This document shows, in pieces, positions 9,320-16,519 of a stretch of 32,000 bases of DNA. Under the pieces are notes generated by a model. It searched no databases. It saw only the letters and a program-made list of their open reading frames with translations, and had not been told where the DNA came from. The stretch's first letter is position 1. Every line of letters starts with the position of its first letter. This DNA is from Acaryochloris thomasi RCC1774 (GTDB lineage Bacteria; Cyanobacteriota; Cyanobacteriia; Thermosynechococcales; Thermosynechococcaceae): positions 180,001 through 212,000 of the forward strand of contig NZ_PQWO01000003.1 of the NCBI RefSeq assembly GCF_003231495.1, read 5' to 3'. The position numbers were made by a program, and so were the translations under genes.

Positions 9320-12103
9320 TTAAACCTCGTTCAATGGCGGAAGATTATGGTTTATTTCGTTCCTTGTCGCTTTCCATCTCCACCAGACGGCGAGAACAGC
9401 AAAGCAGGCTAACAGAAGAAGCCATTCAGCCGGTTCAGGAACTGCCGAGACAGGTGCGATCTCATCCTGCGGATCGGGCAACTGCTGATCTTCAACTTCA
9501 CGATTAAAGCGATCGCTGGCTTCAGCCTCTTTGAGCTGCCGTTTCTGCTCAGGATTGACCAACACCAGCATCGACGAATAGGGCGTCACAATACTGTTCT
9601 CTTTCGCCACCTGATGAATGGCATCCAACTGGTTAAGCTGGTCCGGTTTGACTGCTTGACTCACCTGCGCAATCCACTGACGAGCGGCCATCGGAGCCAC
9701 CGCTTCTACCGTCTTCACATCTGAATCAGGAGTGGAACTGAGAAACCAAGCATAGCCATCCACAACGTTTAGCAGAGAAGTCCCCTGTCCCAGGCTGGGT
9801 TGGGTCGCAATTCGAGTCATGACTGTTTTGATGTCAGCCGCCACATTACCGCCGGTTTGCTGAATTGTTGCTAACGTTGCATCGTCATAGGCCGCCTGTA
9901 AACCGCCTAAGTGAACCAACCAGAGCGGTGCCGCAAGTGGAAGCGGTGAGCCATCTTGAGTTAGCTCGTAACTACCAGAATCGGTCAGTAAAATAACGGC
10001 ATCATAGTTTTGAGCTTCAGCCACCTGCTGATATTGATCTAGCATTTGGCGAGTCTGAAGCGAACCATAAAGAACCGTTTTTCCGGGGTCAAACGCGTCC
10101 AGGCTGCTTACCTTCTGAGCTTGGGTTCCATCAGCCCTTGTTAGATAAAGATCAGCAGAGTTAGCACCTAGCAGATTATCTTTTAGCCATTGGAAACTAT
10201 CCTCCAGCTCTTTTCGATGGGCCTCCATGCTGTAAGAGCGATCCACAATAAAGGCAAAATGCTGACCCTGAGGAAGTTGATAATCTTGCTCGGCGAGGGG
10301 TTTTGCAACAACGTATCCCCCTGGGAGCTTAGCCTGCAATGCTGACGCGGGTTCACTCACATCAGCAGGGATAGAGGCGGGTAGCCAAGCGTCACTTTTT
10401 TGCTGAGGTTTACCATTGAGCGTTCGCTGGGTGTCTTGGGTCCAGAAGATATTGCGTTGTTCATTGAGGACCGGCAACATCCACTGATCGTTTTGCTTCA
10501 TCACCTTGTAGGTCATCCATAGGTGCATCCGATCAGGCTGACCATCTTGAGGGAGTAAATCCCGACCCGCAGGCGGAATGGGAAAGGCCCGCAAGCGATA
10601 ATTCCGTGGTCCTACCTGTTCAAGTAAGGCCGGATCAACCTGCCGCCGAACTTGGTCCGTGTAAACCTGTTGGGCTGCACCCCGAGGAGCCACGACATAT
10701 TCATATCGCTGGGCGAGATCGGCTGTTTCTCCTAGCCACAGTCCTGTGATGGTGGCGCTTTCCGGTAGCGAGAAGTAGTAGAGAATTTCTGTATTTTCAA
10801 AGGTAGTATTGGCATAGACTTCGTGCAGTTTGATCTCAGCCCAGTCTCCCTCAGGCGTAATCGAAACATCCTGCTGCTGTAGTCGAACGCGCTCGGCACC
10901 AATATCTAAGAGTCCTGCCTTTGCCTCTGTCCGATTAAAGTTTGAGAGGACTGCATTTTGGATTGTGCTGTGTTCGCCGCGAAGGATTGGGGTGTCGAAG
11001 AATTCTGCATAGAGCTGGGCCGCCTTATCTTTATCCAGCGCATTCCCTTGATAGGCAAAAGGTGTCAGTACCGTCCGATAGGCATCCTGAACAGTCTCGG
11101 CGACTGCGTTTGGTGCTCCTAACAAGTTTGAATACATCCGATACATGCCTTTGTCTTCCAGCAGTGGGTAGCGGTAGGCACTGAGATATGCATTCAGTAA
11201 GCCTTTGCGAATGGCATCAGCATTTTGCAAAAGGGCTTGACGCTCTCCTTCAGACTGAGGTTGCTTTTCTAAAAGGGTAAAGGCTTGGGTTTGAGGCTGC
11301 TGCTGTAACAGCAAGAGTAAACCTAGCCATACGGCCAATACTGTTCCTACCCAAGCGCGGGGAAGGGTTTTGCCATGCTGTTGAGAGAGAGACTGTAGTG
11401 TTTGTCGCCAAGACCTGAGAAACAACCGCAACATCCCCCAGGGCATCATCACTAGACCAGAAAACACCATGATGAAGGGAAAAAAGATGGGAATCAGGAC
11501 CACTAAGAAAATTGAAAGGTAAAGCGCACTTCCCATAACCACAATCAGCGGCAAAACGTAGAAGAGAGCAATCACGGACAGATACAGCGACAGCACTAGC
11601 ATGATCGTTAAGCCTGCCAAATGCATCCAGCTGGCCCATGAAGATTGACGGTGATGGCGATGTAATAACCAATGTGCCAAGGCAATCGTCCCGACAGCGA
11701 GCGAGATAAACAGGAAAGAACTCGCAGGTGTCAAAGCTCTGAGAAAGAAGAGGCGAATTGTGCAGGCCATCAGCAGCGGCGCTTCTAGCCCAAAGAAGAT
11801 TTGGAATAGTGAGATCGGCTGGGGCATTGGCCCTAGAGGGGCTGCAGGCTTCAGGTTGCTAATCTTGTTGAGCTGGCGCTTCCGTTGAATGCCGAGCGCG
11901 GTGGAGGTCGTGGGCACCCCAATCAGACCAAAAACAGGAATCAGGATGCTGAAGGGGACTTCGCCTCTGAGGGCGTCATTGAGAATATCCATGGCTAAGA
12001 ACGGGAGGAAGCCAATGAATATCACGAGTAGCAAGGATAGATTAAACAGCCAGAAAAAAGCTGTAAATAGAGAGCGAGACTTGGGCGACACTGAAGTTGT
12101 CAT
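9320..12103 (-). CDS. polytopic membrane protein with VIT-like and VWA domains and a C-terminal PEP-CTERM sorting signal
   Basis: It has about 8-10 N-terminal TM helices, a VIT-like segment YYFSLPESATITGLWLGE and a VWA MIDAS DxSxS motif in FIVDRSYSM. The C-terminus is VPEP + AEWLLLLACFAVLAVWW + RWKATR. The start is ambiguous: ATG 12103 or GTG 12166. Confidence 0.8.
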   Translation of the reverse strand: MTTSVSPKSRSLFTAFFWLFNLSLLLVIFIGFLPFLAMDILNDALRGEVPFSILIPVFGLIGVPTTSTALGIQRKRQLNKISNLKPAAPLGPMPQPISLFQIFFGLEAPLLMACTIRLFFLRALTPASSFLFISLAVGTIALAHWLLHRHHRQSSWASWMHLAGLTIMLVLSLYLSVIALFYVLPLIVVMGSALYLSIFLVVLIPIFFPFIMVFSGLVMMPWGMLRLFLRSWRQTLQSLSQQHGKTLPRAWVGTVLAVWLGLLLLLQQQPQTQAFTLLEKQPQSEGERQALLQNADAIRKGLLNAYLSAYRYPLLEDKGMYRMYSNLLGAPNAVAETVQDAYRTVLTPFAYQGNALDKDKAAQLYAEFFDTPILRGEHSTIQNAVLSNFNRTEAKAGLLDIGAERVRLQQQDVSITPEGDWAEIKLHEVYANTTFENTEILYYFSLPESATITGLWLGETADLAQRYEYVVAPRGAAQQVYTDQVRRQVDPALLEQVGPRNYRLRAFPIPPAGRDLLPQDGQPDRMHLWMTYKVMKQNDQWMLPVLNEQRNIFWTQDTQRTLNGKPQQKSDAWLPASIPADVSEPASALQAKLPGGYVVAKPLAEQDYQLPQGQHFAFIVDRSYSMEAHRKELEDSFQWLKDNLLGANSADLYLTRADGTQAQKVSSLDAFDPGKTVLYGSLQTRQMLDQYQQVAEAQNYDAVILLTDSGSYELTQDGSPLPLAAPLWLVHLGGLQAAYDDATLATIQQTGGNVAADIKTVMTRIATQPSLGQGTSLLNVVDGYAWFLSSTPDSDVKTVEAVAPMAARQWIAQVSQAVKPDQLNQLDAIHQVAKENSIVTPYSSMLVLVNPEQKRQLKEAEASDRFNREVEDQQLPDPQDEIAPVSAVPEPAEWLLLLACFAVLAVWWRWKATRNEINHNLPPLNEV

Positions 12104-12213
12104 GAGAAATACGTCAGATCTTCTAAAGATATTTAAGTGCTGAGTCTCTGAATTTAGACTTCTCACAGAGACTTAGGGATGATGGTGATTTCTGCGGCTC
12201 TTCGGAACGGGGG

Positions 12214-13710
12214 TTAAGTCATGGCGGTTGAGATTGCATCATGCACATCTGCTAACACCGCTTGCACCGCTGCATCATCAGCGGACACTGACTGATCAAA
12301 GAGGATAGAAACCATTGTCCAATGGGGTTCTTTGCGAATCATTTCACTCCAGACGCGATCGAGATAGTGATCGGTTGTCCGCTGCGAAGACTGGAACCAG
12401 TAGGCTGCTTGACGTTGGCCCTGATCAAGTGAAAGCCAGCGTCCGGTCACTTGGCTCGTCAGCGTTCGCTTCTGCATGTCGTCTATTTTGAAGCCGCTGG
12501 CTAAGAAACAGAGTTCAGGCGCATGGTGAGCCTGCCAGCTTGGACTGGCCACAAAAATCATAGACCCTGAAATATTCTGGGTTTTGAAAGCTTGCTTCTG
12601 GGCAACAACACCCGGATATTGGGTAAAAAACATCTGTTCCGGCCGCGTCAGATTGACAGATTCGGCCTGCATTGAGGTCGGCCACTGTAGCGAGTCCCAG
12701 CCGACAGCAGCGGCAGTTGGATGCGGAATCAAGGCTAGACCCAGCAGCAAACCCAACGTTATGAGCGCATTGCGGATATTTGCAGCGGGCGACTGAGTCT
12801 TTCTGGACTCTTGAAGCTTTGTTGTTGAAGGACGCTGATGGGGAACAAATTGGAGCAGCAACAGCGTAAGCAGACAAACGCTGATGAAGCCACATAACCC
12901 AAGCGGTACATGCAAAATTTCTGCTACAGTGCGCTGCTGCAGGACAAAGGTGAGGGTGACAATGACAAAGATTCGGGCGATATTAGCGACAATCAGCAAG
13001 GCAAAATTCGTTACCCCGACCAAAAACCACCGGAGGCCCATCTGCCTGCGTTCTAGCATTGATGCAGCGATAAAAAACAAGCTGCCAATCTCAATATTTT
13101 TGAATCCGCTGCAGGGGATATCAACAAAGGCAACACCGGTACTGAGAACTAAAATGTCTTCAGAAGTGATGGCGTTGACGCTAAAGGGCTGCAGCAAGTA
13201 TTCAACGATTTCTGCAATTCCGGTACGGGCCAGATGGCCTAAGTCTGTAAGCTCTAGAGCGAACAGAAAAACCAGAATGGCGAAGGCACCCACGAACGGA
13301 ATGTTACGCTTCCAGGTTTGGGTGTCGCAGAAGAGGCCCATGAGTCCGTAGGCTCCGATAATGGCCCCGACTGCTGAGAGGTTTTCTAGATCGAGAAAGT
13401 TTCGAGTCAGGAGAGATGCGATCGCAACTCCAACCATCACCAACAAAGGCAATCCTTGAAAGGTCGGCTCCAGCGAAAACTTCCATTGATCTCGGCAACG
13501 AAATCCCTGAATAAAAAGCACTGCAGCCGCCCCGGCTAGCAGCAATATATTGAATAGAGAAAGAATCTTGAGCAGATGCGTGAATCCCATTAACTCTGGC
13601 AAGAACAAGACGAGCCAAAGGAGAATGGTTATCACCCCCAGCAGCCGATTGAGCGACAGGACATGCGTGGGGTCAGCTTCAAAACGAGCAAGAGGGTTAT
13701 CGTAGGTCAT
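12214..13710 (-). CDS. exosortase fused to an EpsI-like C-terminal domain
   Basis: Eight-helix core with the ordered exosortase motifs Cys (DIPCSGF), Arg (ANIARIF) and His (ILHVPLG). After a further TM helix comes an EpsI-like domain with HHAPELCFLASGF. Confidence 0.8.
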   Translation of the reverse strand: MTYDNPLARFEADPTHVLSLNRLLGVITILLWLVLFLPELMGFTHLLKILSLFNILLLAGAAAVLFIQGFRCRDQWKFSLEPTFQGLPLLVMVGVAIASLLTRNFLDLENLSAVGAIIGAYGLMGLFCDTQTWKRNIPFVGAFAILVFLFALELTDLGHLARTGIAEIVEYLLQPFSVNAITSEDILVLSTGVAFVDIPCSGFKNIEIGSLFFIAASMLERRQMGLRWFLVGVTNFALLIVANIARIFVIVTLTFVLQQRTVAEILHVPLGLCGFISVCLLTLLLLQFVPHQRPSTTKLQESRKTQSPAANIRNALITLGLLLGLALIPHPTAAAVGWDSLQWPTSMQAESVNLTRPEQMFFTQYPGVVAQKQAFKTQNISGSMIFVASPSWQAHHAPELCFLASGFKIDDMQKRTLTSQVTGRWLSLDQGQRQAAYWFQSSQRTTDHYLDRVWSEMIRKEPHWTMVSILFDQSVSADDAAVQAVLADVHDAISTAMT

Positions 13711-13930
13711 AGCTCAGTCCTCCAACCGTCAACTGAGCTGCAGATCGTATTGAGACCATGAGACCGTCCTTCTTCTGAAACCAACGTGCCACCAGCTTAG
13801 CCAGCACATAGTCGGATTGTCAGTCGGGCAAAGTCGGACGTTTCGGCATGGGTCTGACAAGCCGAAGAGGAGACATAAATATTATGGTCCTGCCCCGCAA
13901 GGTGCCAAGCTGATCCACTCGACCCAAAAC

Positions 13931-14248
13931 TCAAAGCGATTGAGATAAAACTTGCTCTACGAGCGTATTAAGACTGACGCCCTTAATCTGAGCCTTTTGG
14001 ACGGCTTTTCGATGCAATTCAGGCGGAATTCTCAGATTGAAGCGGCCTGAACAAGGCTTATCTGGATCTTTACCGACGCGTTGACAATCTTCTAGATACT
14101 CATCAATGACAGCCTGAAAGGATGATTCCAGCTCGTCTACTGTTTGACCATCAAAAACAATTACATCTCTGGTGCCAACCACTCGACCGAAGAAAATACG
14201 ATCTTCAGCATCAAACTCAACAGTCACCTCATATCCCCTATATTTCAT
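13931..14248 (-). CDS. hicB: type II antitoxin HicB
   Basis: The N-terminal HicB fold sequence is YEVTVEFDAEDRIFFGRVVG. The C-terminal RHH-like segment is GRFNLRIPPELHRKA. It overlaps hicA by 11 nt. Confidence 0.85.
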   Translation of the reverse strand: MKYRGYEVTVEFDAEDRIFFGRVVGTRDVIVFDGQTVDELESSFQAVIDEYLEDCQRVGKDPDKPCSGRFNLRIPPELHRKAVQKAQIKGVSLNTLVEQVLSQSL

Positions 14249-14498
14249 CTTTGATACCTGCCTTTGTTAGAAAATCACGTACAGCCTGAACTTGATAACG
14301 CTTTAGCTCATTCCCAGGATGAGGAGAATGAATATTTAAGGCAACGCTATTAAGATCGAAGCGCGCTCGTGAACCACTCCCTTGCAGGACATCCCCGCCC
14401 AGTCCCTTGATCAAATTAACGACATCAGGCCATGAGATATTTCTGCGAATCGGTTTTGCAAAAATTGCCGTTAGCGTTTTTCGCTGCTTGCTGTTCAT
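14238..14498 (-). CDS. hicA: type II toxin HicA (mRNA interferase)
   Basis: 86 aa. KQRKTLTAIFAKP ... ISWPDVVNLIKGLG ... GSGSRARF is typical of HicA, and it lies upstream of hicB. Confidence 0.85.
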   Translation of the reverse strand: MNSKQRKTLTAIFAKPIRRNISWPDVVNLIKGLGGDVLQGSGSRARFDLNSVALNIHSPHPGNELKRYQVQAVRDFLTKAGIKDEI

Positions 14499-14530
14499 TG
14501 ATGCATAGTACCACTACATAGTACCAGACC

Positions 14531-14932
14531 CTAGTAAGACTGTTCTAGAAACACGTTTAATTCCTGGATAATCCATTCTTTCTCGCAATCGCTGAGCCTT
14601 GCACCAAATTTATACGTTTGGTTACCAACATAAATCGTGCAGACCTTTGTGGATGGACCGCTGTAACCAGGAGTTGTCTGGAGTGCAACCTTCTTTAGCT
14701 TATTTACGTTGCCTTGAACTTTTCTTTTGAGAAAGAAGAACTGCCACTGAAGTTGAAATTTTCGTTTATGAATCCATAGGCGTGTGCAGCCAGAACTCCA
14801 ATAGAGCAAGCGTATCCCCATTCCTAAGCCAGCAAGCAAAAACGGGATTAAAAATGGGACAGGTGAAAAAAACAAGGTGCCACCGGAAAGCCAACTGCAG
14901 AGATAGACAAAAAGAAAGCCATTCCACACCAA
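14531..14932 (-). CDS. two-TM membrane module plus small C-terminal domain, in frame with the upstream kinase
   Basis: The ORF has only GTG/TTG start options. It shares the frame of the kinase ORF, with one TGA as the only stop between them. It has two hydrophobic helices. Confidence 0.5.
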   Translation of the reverse strand: MVWNGFLFVYLCSWLSGGTLFFSPVPFLIPFLLAGLGMGIRLLYWSSGCTRLWIHKRKFQLQWQFFFLKRKVQGNVNKLKKVALQTTPGYSGPSTKVCTIYVGNQTYKFGARLSDCEKEWIIQELNVFLEQSY

Positions 14933-14995
14933 GGTGAAAGTTGCGAGAGATAATGTTTCCCCCCGTAAGCCCGTTGATGGAATAGTTAGCAGCAG

Positions 14996-15901
14996 TCATG
15001 CGTTTGTTCTCTGAAGCTGAACCAAGCTACCAACGGGTTGACTCAGTTCACCTCTTGTCAAAACGGGGGCCATGAACCGAAGAGGAGCTTGGTCTAATGC
15101 ATTTAATGCTTCCTGTGCGGTCGGAAAGCGATCTTCAAGATGGGGGTTGATCATTTGATCAAGCCAATCTGCAAAGCTTGGCTCAATTTGCCCCTGTAAA
15201 TGTTCTCTAAACAACAGCTTGAGGCGCTTCTGCGGAAGATCTCCTGGACAGATATGAGTCAATAAAAAGAGTAGAGTTGCTCCTAAAGCATAAAGATCAG
15301 TTGCACCATAGGCTTGTCCTTGTAATTGCTCGGGTGCCATATAACCGTAGGTGCCTACAATCGTACTGCCGTGAACTGTTGTGTTGCGAAGCACAGCTTG
15401 AACAGCTCCAAAATCTACCAGATGGATGTGACCATCATTGCTATACACAATGTTTTGGGGCTTAATATCCCGATGGACAACGGGTGGCGTTAAACCATGC
15501 AAATAAATCAGGATGTTGAGAGTCATACGAGCAATGCGTTGAACCTCAGCCGGATTTGGACACCAGCCTTCTTCAATGAGAGTCGCCAGCGACTTGCCTG
15601 GAGCTAAAGCTTGGGCGATATAGAAGAGGCGATCATGCTCACTATCAATCTGGAAGTAATTCAAATATTGAGGAATCGCGGGATGCTTCAGACATGAGAG
15701 TACTTGAGCTTCACGTTCAAACAGCTCCAACTGCTTCCAATTCTGCATCCCTCGGAAGGACATAGCCTTAAGAGCTACCCGCTGATAGGTCTCAAGATCC
15801 TCCACTTCATAGGTTGTACCAGAACTGCCCTGTCCGATTAGAGTAACGATGCGGTAGCGGCCAAGGACAATCTCATCGGCAGAGTGCAGGGTCTTCAACA
15901 C
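14996..15901 (-). CDS. Hanks-type Ser/Thr protein kinase catalytic domain
   Basis: It has the glycine loop GQGSSGTTY, the VALK lysine, the catalytic loop HRDIKPQN, then DFG and APE. Confidence 0.9.
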   Translation of the reverse strand: MLKTLHSADEIVLGRYRIVTLIGQGSSGTTYEVEDLETYQRVALKAMSFRGMQNWKQLELFEREAQVLSCLKHPAIPQYLNYFQIDSEHDRLFYIAQALAPGKSLATLIEEGWCPNPAEVQRIARMTLNILIYLHGLTPPVVHRDIKPQNIVYSNDGHIHLVDFGAVQAVLRNTTVHGSTIVGTYGYMAPEQLQGQAYGATDLYALGATLLFLLTHICPGDLPQKRLKLLFREHLQGQIEPSFADWLDQMINPHLEDRFPTAQEALNALDQAPLRFMAPVLTRGELSQPVGSLVQLQRTNA

Positions 15902-16010
15902 AGCAGGTCTCAGTTTTGCCAGAGGTGGCGGTCTATTCTAAGTGTGCCTTGGCAGCATAGAAATCTTTCAGCTTGAACCCGTTGAAGAATATATATTTTA
16001 TGCTCTAGAG

Positions 16011-16232
16011 ATGCCAAGCTGCTGGCACAGCTCTTGTGAAGATTTCATTGAAAAATAGAGCTTCGTCGGCTTTGGACCGGGATATCGTATCTACTTTGGG
16101 CAAGTTGATGGCTTCATCGTCGTTCTGCTTTGTGGCGGTGATAAAAGTACCCAGAAACAGAATATAAAGAGCGCTATCGCATTGTGGGAGCTTTACCGTA
16201 ATGAAATTGAGAGATATCTCCGAGACTTTTGA
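16011..16232 (+). pseudogene. decayed addiction-module killer protein (RelE/ParE superfamily, HI1419-like)
   Basis: The frame starting at ATG 16011 hits TAG at 16056-16058. Downstream in the same frame reads FGPGYRIYFGQVDGFIVVLLCGGDKSTQKQNIKSAIALWELY, the conserved C-terminal half of this toxin family. The N-terminal half is unrecognisable or scattered across frames. Confidence 0.55.
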
Positions 16233-16509
16233 GGCAGACCTGCAAGACTCTGAGTTTGTTCAGGTGTATTTAGAGGAAGCCATGCATGATGGCACACCTA
16301 ATCTTCTCGTAGCTCTACGAAATGTAATTCAGGCCAATGAGGGCATGGCAGACATCGCTCAAGAAGTCGGTGTCGGGCGTGAAAGTCTATACAAAACTCT
16401 CTCAGAAACTGGGAACCCCCACTTTGCAACGATAGAGAAAGTAATCAAGGCTCTGGGACTGAGATTGACTATCGCTCCAGCGGCAATGGCGAAAGCTTCA
16501 TCAATCTGA
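16201..16509 (+). CDS. addiction-module antidote protein (HI1420-like HTH antitoxin)
   Basis: 102 aa. The pattern is YLEEAMHDGTPNLLVALRNVIQANEGMADIAQEVGVGRESLYKTLSETGNPHFATIEKVIKALG. It overlaps the toxin remnant by 32 nt. Confidence 0.8.
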   Translation: MKLRDISETFEADLQDSEFVQVYLEEAMHDGTPNLLVALRNVIQANEGMADIAQEVGVGRESLYKTLSETGNPHFATIEKVIKALGLRLTIAPAAMAKASSI

Positions 16510-16519
16510 TCTCTTCTGC

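Noticed and set aside
9181-9507. 108-aa plus-strand ORF
   Set aside because: It is antisense to the 3' end of the PEP-CTERM protein gene and extends into the intergenic region. Its composition is Arg/Ser-rich, typical of antisense frames.
14996-14998. Selenocysteine decoding of the in-frame TGA in the kinase
   Set aside because: I see no stem-loop resembling a bacterial SECIS element immediately downstream of the TGA, and a linker between a kinase domain and a TM segment has no redox context.
14766-14999. 77-aa ORF starting at the ATGA overlap with the kinase stop, as a translationally coupled gene
   Set aside because: It is out of frame with the hydrophobic module it overlaps, its composition is poor, and it ends inside the better in-frame ORF. 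The same-frame read-through or nonsense explanation accounts for the region more simply.
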